The notes below the pieces were generated by a model. It had not been told where the DNA came from. It ran no database searches and saw only the letters and a list, made by a program, of their open reading frames with translations. Of a DNA stretch of 64,000 nucleotides, positions 56,444-64,000 are shown in pieces. Numbering within the stretch: the first letter of the stretch is position 1; the number at the start of each line of letters is the position of its first letter. The stretch comes from an uncultured Actinomycetota bacterium (GTDB lineage Bacteria; Actinomycetota; Actinomycetes; Mycobacteriales; Geodermatophilaceae): contig CAVVGX010000011.1 in NCBI GenBank assembly GCA_963747895.1, forward strand, positions 38,646 through 102,645, given 5' to 3'. A program made the position numbers and the translations under genes.

Positions 56444-56589
56444 CGGAACCGCGAACCGGGGCGACGGCGGCGCGGTGCACCCCGCCCGGATGGGCGGTTG
56501 TGTCCCCGCGCGCTCCCCGGCCCTTAGGCTCGCACCGGGTGCCGGTCCCGCGCGGGCACCTCCGCGACGCCGCCCGCCGACGCCGTGGG

Positions 56590-56662
56590 TGGGGGATGGG
56601 GTAATCGGCAGCCCGCCGGCCTTTGGAGCCGTGCAGTCTCGGTTCGAGTCCGAGTCCCCCAG
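56590..56662 (+). tRNA. tRNA-Gln (anticodon TTG)
   Basis: Acceptor TGGGGGA/TCCCCCA, anticodon loop CTTTGGA, T-arm CTCGG-TTCGAGT-CCGAG, discriminator G. CCA not encoded. Confidence 0.85.
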
Positions 56663-56692
56663 CAGTCGTGCCGTCACCGTCCGAGGAGATCC

Positions 56693-58225
56693 GTGGCCAG
56701 CCAGGTTCCGTCCGCGTCCGCACCCGTTGGGCAGCCGGCCGTCGCCGGCGTCGTCGTCCTCGCCGCCGGTCAGGGCACGCGCATGCGCTCGTCGACCCCG
56801 AAGGTGCTGCACACCCTCGGTGGCCGGTCGATGCTCGGGCACGTCCTCGCCGCGGCCGCGCCGCTGGGCGCCGGCACCACCGCCGTCGTCGTCGGGGCCG
56901 GCCGCGAGCAGGTCGAGGCGCACCTCGCCGAGATCGCCCCCGGCGCCCTCGCCGTCGTGCAGGAGCAGCAGCTGGGCTCGGGCCACGCCGCCGAGGTCGC
57001 CCTGGCCGCCGTGCCCGATCTCGAGGGACCGGTCCTCGTCGTGAACGGGGACGCGCCGCTGCTGACCGACCGCACGCTGGCCGCGCTCGTGGCGGCCCAC
57101 GCCGCCGCCGGCAGCGTCTTCACCGTCCTCACCGCCGAGGTCGAGGACCCCACGGGCCTCGGCCGGATCGTGCGGGACGAGGGCGGTGCCCCCCGGGCGA
57201 TCGTCGAGGAGCGCGACGCCACCGACCAGGAGCGCGCGATCCGCGAGGTCAACGCCGGCGTCTACGTCGCGGACGCCGTCACCCTGCGCCGCGTGCTGGC
57301 CGGTCTCGGGACGTCGAACGCGCAGGGCGAGCAGTACCTCACCGACGCCCTCGCGCCACTGGTCGAGGACGGGGCGACGACCGCCGCCGTGCGCGCCGAG
57401 GACCCCGACGACGTCCTGGGCTGCAACGACCGCCGGGAGCTGGCCGAGCGGCGGCGCACCCTCAACGACCGCGTGCTCGACGACCTGATGCGCGCCGGTG
57501 TCACGGTGGTCGACCCGCAGACCACGTGGGTGGACGTCACCGCGAGCGCCGAGGCCGATTCGGTCCTGGAGCCGGGGACCCAGCTGCTGGGCACGACCAC
57601 CGTCGCCGCCGGCGCCGTCGTCGGTCCCGACACCACGCTGGCCGACTGCGTCGTCGAGGCCGGCGCGACCGTGCTCCGGTCGCACTGCCTCGGCTCGGTG
57701 ATCGGTCCGGAGGCCACCGTCGGCCCGTTCGGCTACCTGCGCCCGGGCACGCGCCTGGCCCGCGGCAGCAAGGTGGGTGCGTTCGTGGAGACCAAGAACG
57801 CCGAGGTGGGCGAGGGGTCCAAGGTCCCGCACCTCTCCTACGTCGGGGACGCCACCATCGGCCGGGGCGCGAACATCGGCGCCGCCACCGTCTTCGTCAA
57901 CTACGACGGGGTGGACAAGCACCGCACGACCATCGGTGACCACGCGCGGATCGGCTCCGACACGATGCTGGTGGCGCCGGTCACCATCGGCGACGGCGCC
58001 TACACCGCCGCCGGGTCGGTCATCACCACCGACGTCCCCCCGGGCGCCATGGGCGTGGCGCGGGGGCCGCAGCGAAATGTGGCAGGCTGGGTCCGGCGCC
58101 GACGGCCGGGTTCTCCCGCCGCGGAGGCCGCCGCAGCCGCCGAGCGGCGGGCGGGCGCCCCCGAGAACGACGCGTCCCCGAACCCAGGGGCGCACGACGA
58201 CGACGAGGGACAGCAGACCCGATGA
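56693..58225 (+). CDS. glmU: Bifunctional UDP-GlcNAc diphosphorylase / GlcN-1-P N-acetyltransferase
   Basis: VVLAAGQGTRMRSSTPKVLH, NGDAPLL, left-handed beta-helix hexapeptide repeats, actinobacterial C-terminal tail. GAGGAG RBS before GTG 56693. Confidence 0.95.
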   Translation: MASQVPSASAPVGQPAVAGVVVLAAGQGTRMRSSTPKVLHTLGGRSMLGHVLAAAAPLGAGTTAVVVGAGREQVEAHLAEIAPGALAVVQEQQLGSGHAAEVALAAVPDLEGPVLVVNGDAPLLTDRTLAALVAAHAAAGSVFTVLTAEVEDPTGLGRIVRDEGGAPRAIVEERDATDQERAIREVNAGVYVADAVTLRRVLAGLGTSNAQGEQYLTDALAPLVEDGATTAAVRAEDPDDVLGCNDRRELAERRRTLNDRVLDDLMRAGVTVVDPQTTWVDVTASAEADSVLEPGTQLLGTTTVAAGAVVGPDTTLADCVVEAGATVLRSHCLGSVIGPEATVGPFGYLRPGTRLARGSKVGAFVETKNAEVGEGSKVPHLSYVGDATIGRGANIGAATVFVNYDGVDKHRTTIGDHARIGSDTMLVAPVTIGDGAYTAAGSVITTDVPPGAMGVARGPQRNVAGWVRRRRPGSPAAEAAAAAERRAGAPENDASPNPGAHDDDEGQQTR

Positions 58226-59202
58226 GCGCCATCCGGCAGACCACCAACAAGAGCCTGATGCTCTTCTCCGGCCGGGCCTACCCCGAGCTCGCGACCGAGA
58301 TCGCCGGGCACCTGGGGGTCACCCCCACGCCGACCTCTTCCTACGAGTTCGCCAACGGCGAGCTGTTCGTCCGGTTCGAGGAGTCCGTCCGCGGCTGCGA
58401 CGCCTTCGTCGTGCAGAGCCACACGGCGCCGATCAACACCTGGCTCATGGAGCAGCTGATCATGGTCGACGCGCTGAAGCGCGCCTCGGCCAAGCGGATC
58501 ACCGTCGTCGCCCCGTTCTTCCCCTACGCGCGGCAGGACAAGAAGCACCGCGGCCGCGAGCCCATCTCGGCCCGCCTGGTGGCGGACCTGTTCAAGACCG
58601 CCGGCGCCGACCGGCTGATGACCGTCGACCTGCACACCGCCCAGATCCAGGGCTTCTTCGACGGTCCGGTCGACCACCTCTTCGCCCTCGACCTGTTGAT
58701 CAACCACGTCAAGGAGCGCTGGGGCGACCGCGACATCACCGTCGTCTCGCCCGACTCCGGCCGGGTGCGCGTCTCGGAGCGGTGGAGCGACAAGCTCGGC
58801 GGCACCCCGCTGGCCTTCATCCACAAGACCCGCGACCCCCTGGTCGCCAACGAGGTCGTCGCCAACCGCGTCGTCGGTGAGGTCGAGGGCCGGGTCTGCA
58901 TCCTGGTCGACGACATGATCGACACCGGCGGAACCATCGTGAAGGCGGCCGAGACGCTCTTCGACGCCGGCGCGGCCGACGTGATCGTCGCCGCCACGCA
59001 CGGTGTGCTGTCGGGCCCGGCCGTCGAGCGGCTGTCGAACAGCAAGGTCAGCGAGGTCATCATCACCAACACGCTGCCCATCGAGGACGCCCGCCGGTTC
59101 GACAAGCTCACCGTCCTGTCGATCGCCCCGCTGCTCGCCCGGGCGATCAAGGAGGTCTTCGAGGACGGCTCGGTGACCTCGCTGTTCGACGGCGCCAGCT
59201 GA
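58222..59202 (+). CDS. prs: Ribose-phosphate diphosphokinase
   Basis: LFSGRAYPELA, YARQDKK, DLHTAQIQGFF, ILVDDMIDTGGT. ATGA overlap with glmU. Confidence 0.95.
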   Translation: MSAIRQTTNKSLMLFSGRAYPELATEIAGHLGVTPTPTSSYEFANGELFVRFEESVRGCDAFVVQSHTAPINTWLMEQLIMVDALKRASAKRITVVAPFFPYARQDKKHRGREPISARLVADLFKTAGADRLMTVDLHTAQIQGFFDGPVDHLFALDLLINHVKERWGDRDITVVSPDSGRVRVSERWSDKLGGTPLAFIHKTRDPLVANEVVANRVVGEVEGRVCILVDDMIDTGGTIVKAAETLFDAGAADVIVAATHGVLSGPAVERLSNSKVSEVIITNTLPIEDARRFDKLTVLSIAPLLARAIKEVFEDGSVTSLFDGAS

Positions 59203-59220
59203 ACGCCTGCAGCTCCGAAC

Positions 59221-60249
59221 GTGGCTGAGACCCGGTCCCGCCTGGGCGACGCCGAGGTGGCGGCCCTCGCCCGGTACTCCTTCGGCCTGGGCGGGACGGC
59301 ACCCGACCTCCCGTCGGCGGACGCCTACGAGGACGCGCAGGGAGTCCTCGTGGCCGTCCGCGAGGACGGCCGGCCGACCGTCGTCGAGGTCCCGCGCTGG
59401 CGCGCCCCCTCGGACGTGGCGGCGCGGCTGGCCGAGCGCGGCTGGACGGCCCCGGCCGCGTGGATCGGGCACCCGCCGGCCGAGGCCGCCGTGCTCCCCG
59501 CTCAGGTCCTGGCGCTCGTGCCCGTGGCGGGTGCGCCGGCGGACTCCGCGTGGATGTCCGCGGCCGCGGCCGCGTGGGCGACGGTGCGCGGCACCGGCCG
59601 GGAGGTGGAGCTGGTCTTCGTGCCCGTCACCGCCGCGGCTCCCGAGGTGGGGTGGCCGGAGCTGGCCGCGACCTACGGCGCGACGCTGGTGGGCAGCCGC
59701 GTCCTCCCGGAGCCGGAGGGCCCTCCTGCCGGCACCGTGCTCTTCTTCACCGGGCTGTCGGGCGCGGGCAAGTCGACGATCGCCGCGCGTGTGGTCGAGC
59801 TCCTCGTGGAGGAGGGGCGCGGGGTGACGCTGCTGGACGGCGACGAGGTCCGGCACCACCTCTCCGCCGGCCTGGGCTTCTCGCGCGCGGACCGGGACAC
59901 CAACGTCGAGCGGATCGGCTGGGTGGCCGCCCGCATCGCCAAGCACGGCGGCATCGCGGTCTGCGCGCCCATCGCCCCCTACGCCTCGGTCCGCGCGACG
60001 GTGCGCCGCGAGGTCGAGAGCCAGGCCGGCGCGGGCAGCTTCGTGCTGGTGCACGTCGCGACGTCCCTCGCCGACTGCGAGCAGCGCGACCGGAAGGGCC
60101 TCTACGCGAAGGCCCGCAGCGGGGAGATCCCGGCCTTCACCGGGATCAGCGATCCCTACGAGGTGCCGACCGACGCCGAGGTGACCGTCGGGACGAGCGG
60201 ACGGACCGTGGACGAGTGCGCCCGCCAGGTGCTCGCGCACCTGGGGTAA
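59221..60249 (+). CDS. cysC: Adenylyl-sulfate (APS) kinase domain with ~165-aa N-terminal domain of unknown function
   Basis: C-terminal half FFTGLSGAGKSTIA, LLDGDEVR, FSRADRDTNVERIGWVA, FTGISDPYEVP. The N-terminal half has no recognisable motif. Confidence 0.8.
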   Translation: MAETRSRLGDAEVAALARYSFGLGGTAPDLPSADAYEDAQGVLVAVREDGRPTVVEVPRWRAPSDVAARLAERGWTAPAAWIGHPPAEAAVLPAQVLALVPVAGAPADSAWMSAAAAAWATVRGTGREVELVFVPVTAAAPEVGWPELAATYGATLVGSRVLPEPEGPPAGTVLFFTGLSGAGKSTIAARVVELLVEEGRGVTLLDGDEVRHHLSAGLGFSRADRDTNVERIGWVAARIAKHGGIAVCAPIAPYASVRATVRREVESQAGAGSFVLVHVATSLADCEQRDRKGLYAKARSGEIPAFTGISDPYEVPTDAEVTVGTSGRTVDECARQVLAHLG

Positions 60250-60377
60250 TCTCGTCGCCGTTGCCCGGCGAGGGAGCGGTCCGACCGCTCCGTGATCGAC
60301 GTGCGTGTGCCCCCCGGGGTGTGCTGCGGTCGGTCGCCGGCACGCACGCAGACCCTCTTCGCTAGGAGCACACCACC

Positions 60378-61073
60378 GTGGCTGACTTCCGTCTCGAGGC
60401 CGAGACCCGCACCGAGTTCGGCAAGGGCAGCGCCCGTCGCACCCGCCGCGCCGGCCGCGTCCCCGCCGTCCTCTACGGGCACGGCCAGGACGTCGTCCAC
60501 CTGTCGCTGCCGGCCCGCGAGTTCGCCGCCGCCCTGCGCAACGGCGGCACCAACGCCCTGCTGACCATCGTCCTGGACGGCAAGGAGCAGCTGGCCCTCA
60601 CCAAGGCCGTGCAGCGCGACCCGCTGACCCGCCAGCACGAGCACGCCGACCTGCTGCTCGTCCGCCGCGGTGAGAAGACCACCGTCGAGGTGCCGATCGT
60701 CATCGTCGGCGACCCGGCGCCGGACTCGATCCCGAACCACCAGCTCAACACCGTCTCCATCGAGGCCGACGCCACCAAGCTGCCCGACACCATCGAGGTC
60801 GACATCACCGGCCGCGCCGCGGGCCAGGGCATCACCGCCGGCGACCTCGTCCTGCCCTCGGGCTCGACGCTGATCACCGACGCCGAGGCGCTCGTCATCG
60901 GCTTCCTCGGTGCCCCGACCGCCGAGGCGCTGGAGGCCGAGCTCGCCGAGGCCGAGGCCGAGGCCGGCATCGAGCGCGAGGACTCCGACGCCGACGGCGA
61001 CGTCGTCCCCGAGCCGCAGGACCAGGGCAGCGGCGAGTCGATGGACTCGGCCGAGAAGTCCGCGGACAACTGA
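60378..61073 (+). CDS. rplY: 50S ribosomal protein L25 / general stress protein Ctc
   Basis: [21 protein letters not shown]; acidic C-terminal tail; AGGAG RBS before GTG 60378. Confidence 0.95.
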   Translation: MADFRLEAETRTEFGKGSARRTRRAGRVPAVLYGHGQDVVHLSLPAREFAAALRNGGTNALLTIVLDGKEQLALTKAVQRDPLTRQHEHADLLLVRRGEKTTVEVPIVIVGDPAPDSIPNHQLNTVSIEADATKLPDTIEVDITGRAAGQGITAGDLVLPSGSTLITDAEALVIGFLGAPTAEALEAELAEAEAEAGIEREDSDADGDVVPEPQDQGSGESMDSAEKSADN

Positions 61074-61162
61074 GGCATCCGCTGACCGACAGCACGACCC
61101 GCGGGGGCGCCGGCACTGCCGGCGCCCCCGCGGCGTCCGCTCCGAGCGACGGACCCTTCCTC

Positions 61163-61729
61163 GTGGTGGGTCTGGGCAACCCCGGGCCCGGCTACGCCGG
61201 GAACCGGCACAACGTCGGGGCGATGGTGCTCGACGTGCTCGCCGAGCGGGCCGGCATCAGGCTCTCGCCCGGCAAGGGCGCCCGCTCCCGCGCGGTCAGC
61301 GGTGAGGGTCGGCTGGCCGGCCGCCGGGTCGTCCTGGCCCGGCCGCTGACCTACATGAACGAGTCCGGCGGCCCCGTGCGCGGCCTGCTGGACTACCACA
61401 AGCTGCCCGCCACCGACCTCGTCGTCGTGCACGACGAGCTCGACATCGACTTCGCCGTGGTGCGGCTCAAGCGCGGAGGTGGCGAGGGCGGGCACAACGG
61501 GCTGCGCTCGATCACCCGCGCCGCGGGCACCAAGGACTACCTGCGCGTGCGGGTGGGGATCGGCCGGCCCCCGGGCCGCCAGGACCCCGCCGACTACGTG
61601 CTCAAGGACTTCTCGTCGACGGAGCGCAAGGAGCTGGACCTGCTCCTCGTCGAGGCGGCCGACGCCACCGAGCTCCTCCTCGCCCGCGGCCTGGAGGTCG
61701 CGCAGAACGAGGTCCACCCCCGCAGCTGA
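61163..61729 (+). CDS. pth: Aminoacyl-tRNA (peptidyl-tRNA) hydrolase
   Basis: [29 protein letters not shown]. The only canonical start is GTG 61163. The frame is open upstream to a CTG at 61082. Confidence 0.9.
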   Translation: MVGLGNPGPGYAGNRHNVGAMVLDVLAERAGIRLSPGKGARSRAVSGEGRLAGRRVVLARPLTYMNESGGPVRGLLDYHKLPATDLVVVHDELDIDFAVVRLKRGGGEGGHNGLRSITRAAGTKDYLRVRVGIGRPPGRQDPADYVLKDFSSTERKELDLLLVEAADATELLLARGLEVAQNEVHPRS

Positions 61730-61927
61730 CCGTCGCACTCCGCGATCGGGGGGTGTCCTCCCTCCCGAAAGGGTGAACGGTCGCTCTCCGTGTTGACCCT
61801 CGCGGTGACGGACTGTGAGTGTTGCTCCTGCGCAGGGACCGCGCTCGGGGGAGAACGTCCTGTTCGGTGGCCTTTCGGCTCCAACCCCCGTATCGGTTCG
61901 AACACGGTGCGTAACGGGGGAGTGGAC

Positions 61928-63424
61928 ATGTTGGTCGACAAGGCAGCGGTGAGTGACGGGCTGGACCGGATCCCGGTCCCGCGCGGGAACCTCCAGCTGG
62001 AGCGCATTCCGACCCTCGACCGCCGGTCCACCGCGTCCTGGGTGCGGAACTACTCGCTCACCCTCGCGGTCGGCGAGGCGCTCGCGGCCGCGGTCATCGG
62101 CGCCCTCGTCGTCGTCACCCGCCCCGAGGGGCTGCCGCCGGTGCCGTCCCTGTTCTGGGCCTCCGTCGTCCTCGTCCTCGCCTGGCCGCTGCTGCTGTGG
62201 GGCTGCGGCGCCTACGCCGAGCCGGTGTACGGCACCGGGAGCGACGAGTACCGCACCGTCGGGCGGGCCGGGCTCGTCCTGCTGGCGCTGGCGGGCTTCG
62301 TCTCCTACGCCGTGGACCTCGACCTGAGCCGGGCGCTCGTCGTCGTCGGCATCCCCGCCCTCGCCGTCACCACGCTGGTGTGGCGGTACGCCGCGCGGTG
62401 CGGGCTGCGCCGGCTGCGGGCGCGCGGCCGGTGCACCAAGCGCGTGGTCGTCGTCGGCCGCGGGGGTGCGGTCCTGGAGCTCGCCGACCGGCTGCGCCGG
62501 GAGCACTACGCCGGTCTGGACGTCGTCGGCTTCTGCGTCACCCCCGCCGACCGTGCCCGGGTGGCCGGGCTGGCGGACGTGCCGGTCCAGGGGCTGGACG
62601 ACGTGGTGGCCATGGCCGCCCGGCTGGACGCCGACACCATCGCGGTCACCTCCGCCAGCGAGACGGCGGCGCATTACCTCCGCCAGCTGTCCTGGCGCCT
62701 GGAGGGCAGCGGCGTCGAGCTGCTCGTCGCACCCGGCCTCATCGAGGTCGCCGGCCCACGTCTGCACATCCGCCCGTTCGAGGGGCTGCCCCTGCTGTCG
62801 GTCGAGCAGCCCCGCTTCGAGGGCTGGCACCGGATGGTCAAGGGCGCCGTCGACCGGTTCGCCGCCGGGCTCGCCATCCTCGTGCTCTCGCCGGTCCTGC
62901 TGGGCATCGCGCTCGCCGTCCGGCTGGGCAGCCGCGGTCCCGCGCTCTACCGCCAGGAGCGCGTCGGGATCAACGGCCGCTCCTTCACGATGCTGAAGTT
63001 CCGCAGCATGGTCGTCGACGCCGACCAGCGCCTCGACGCCATCCGGTCGGACAACATCTCCGACGGCCTGCTGTTCAAGATGCGCGAGGACCCCCGGGTC
63101 ACCCCGATCGGGCGCTGGCTGCGCCGGCTCTCGCTCGACGAGCTGCCCCAGCTGTTCAACGTCCTGGGCGGCTCCATGGCACTCGTGGGCCCGCGCCCGC
63201 CGTTGCCCAGCGAGGTCGCCCGGTACGACGCTTCCGTCAGCCGACGGCTGCTGGTGAAGCCTGGCCTGACGGGCCTGTGGCAGATCTCGGGGCGGAGCGA
63301 CCTGCCCTGGGAGGAGGCTGTCCGCCTCGACCTCCGGTACGTCGAGAACTGGTCGCTCGCCCTGGACTTCCTGATCCTGTGGAAGACCGCCCGGGCCGTC
63401 CTCAGCTCCTCCGGGGCCTACTGA
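61928..63424 (+). CDS. Polyprenyl glycosylphosphotransferase (WbaP/WcaJ-type bacterial sugar transferase)
   Basis: N-terminal TMs, Rossmann-like VVVVGRGG region. C-terminal KFRSM, DELPQLFNVL.G.M.LVGPRPPL, KPGLTGLWQISGRSDL. Confidence 0.9.
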   Translation: MLVDKAAVSDGLDRIPVPRGNLQLERIPTLDRRSTASWVRNYSLTLAVGEALAAAVIGALVVVTRPEGLPPVPSLFWASVVLVLAWPLLLWGCGAYAEPVYGTGSDEYRTVGRAGLVLLALAGFVSYAVDLDLSRALVVVGIPALAVTTLVWRYAARCGLRRLRARGRCTKRVVVVGRGGAVLELADRLRREHYAGLDVVGFCVTPADRARVAGLADVPVQGLDDVVAMAARLDADTIAVTSASETAAHYLRQLSWRLEGSGVELLVAPGLIEVAGPRLHIRPFEGLPLLSVEQPRFEGWHRMVKGAVDRFAAGLAILVLSPVLLGIALAVRLGSRGPALYRQERVGINGRSFTMLKFRSMVVDADQRLDAIRSDNISDGLLFKMREDPRVTPIGRWLRRLSLDELPQLFNVLGGSMALVGPRPPLPSEVARYDASVSRRLLVKPGLTGLWQISGRSDLPWEEAVRLDLRYVENWSLALDFLILWKTARAVLSSSGAY

Positions 63425-63573
63425 CCCACCCCTTCCGGGGGTCACCCGGAGGGGGCACGGCGTCCGCCGGAACGGGTTCGGCGGCGCTCCGCGCGGCCAT
63501 CCTTGATCCGCGGTGCGACCACGCGCCGAGGTGGCCCTTCCTGGCCGCTGACCAGCGAACGAACGGATCTTCG

Positions 63574-64000
63574 ATGCGCATCGCCATGCTGGGGACGCGG
63601 GGCGTCCCGGCCCGGTACGGCGGCTTCGAGACCGCGGTCGAGGAGGTCGGCAAGCGGCTGGCCGACCGCGGGCACCGTGTCGTCGTCTACTGCCGGACCG
63701 AGAGCGGGGACGCGTCCCGGCCCGCCCGGCACCTGGGCATGGAGCTGGTCCACCTGCCGGCCGCCCGCAAGCGCGCGCTCGAGACGCTGAGCCACTCGGC
63801 GCTGTCGGTGGGCCACCTGCTCGCCCACCGCACCGATGCCGCCTTCGTGTTCAACGCCGCGAACTCGCCGCTGCTGCCGATGCTGCGCGCCGCCCGCATC
63901 CCCGTCGCCACGCACGTCGACGGGCTGGAGTGGAAGCGCGCCAAGTGGGGCCCGGTCGGTCAGCGGTACTACCGCGTCGCCGAGTCCCTCGCCGTGCGCT
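63574..64000 (+). CDS. Glycosyltransferase (DUF1972/GT-B fold), 3' end outside window
   Basis: MRIAMLGTRGVPARYGGFETAVEEVGKRL..GH.V.VYCR opening typical of DUF1972-containing GT4/GT1 enzymes. The frame stays open to the window edge. Confidence 0.75.
   Translation, partial: MRIAMLGTRGVPARYGGFETAVEEVGKRLADRGHRVVVYCRTESGDASRPARHLGMELVHLPAARKRALETLSHSALSVGHLLAHRTDAAFVFNAANSPLLPMLRAARIPVATHVDGLEWKRAKWGPVGQRYYRVAESLAVR

Noticed and set aside
61082-61162. N-terminal extension of pth from a CTG codon
   Set aside because: The frame is open, but the extension is Gly/Ala/Thr-rich with no canonical start codon. GTG 61163 gives the typical VGLGNPG N-terminus, so the conservative start was kept.

Overview
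Very high-G+C (by eye well above 70%) actinobacterial chromosomal segment, densely coding on both strands. It holds about 65 protein genes (first and last cut by the window edges) and three tRNAs (Arg-CCT, Ala-CGC, Gln-TTG). I found no rRNA, CRISPR array, transposase, integrase or phage gene. The backbone order is mscL, SAF, Ruc-like zinc ribbon ... 5-formyl-THF cyclo-ligase, galU, moeA/glp, rimJ, glpR/sepX ... pmt, rsmI ... metG, tatD, rpfB, rsmA, ispE ... TetR, tRNA-Gln, glmU, prs, rplY, pth. From memory this matches the conserved block at M. tuberculosis Rv0985c-Rv1019, interrupted here by lineage-specific inserts. Those inserts are a PAS-GAF-PP2C phosphatase, an ArsR/CDF/ChrA/MarR metal module, a secreted PQQ-dehydrogenase/PKD/LGFP protein after tRNA-Ala, a DUF559 cassette, corA, two membrane ORFs, a desaturase and an APS-kinase fusion. 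Most long Arg/Pro/Gly-rich ORFs in the six-frame track are off-frame shadows of real genes and were rejected. No clearly novel multi-gene system is evident. Points worth a second look, in rough order: (1) an AbiEi-wHTH/DUF559 gene bracketed by two copies of a ~65-nt AT-rich palindrome with compensatory arm substitutions and a 23-nt tandem duplication; (2) a UdgX-type (KRRIH loop) uracil-DNA glycosylase whose frame has no stop for ~720 nt and runs antisense through the neighbouring MFS gene; (3) a translationally coupled sirtuin / 101-aa protein / MSMEG_6728-like fusion operon; (4) the glp-rimJ-glpR/sepX module; (5) a long rpfB leader; (6) an APS kinase with an unknown N-terminal domain between prs and rplY. 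All calls rest on reading translated motifs and synteny by eye. No database search was run, and start codons are often uncertain.
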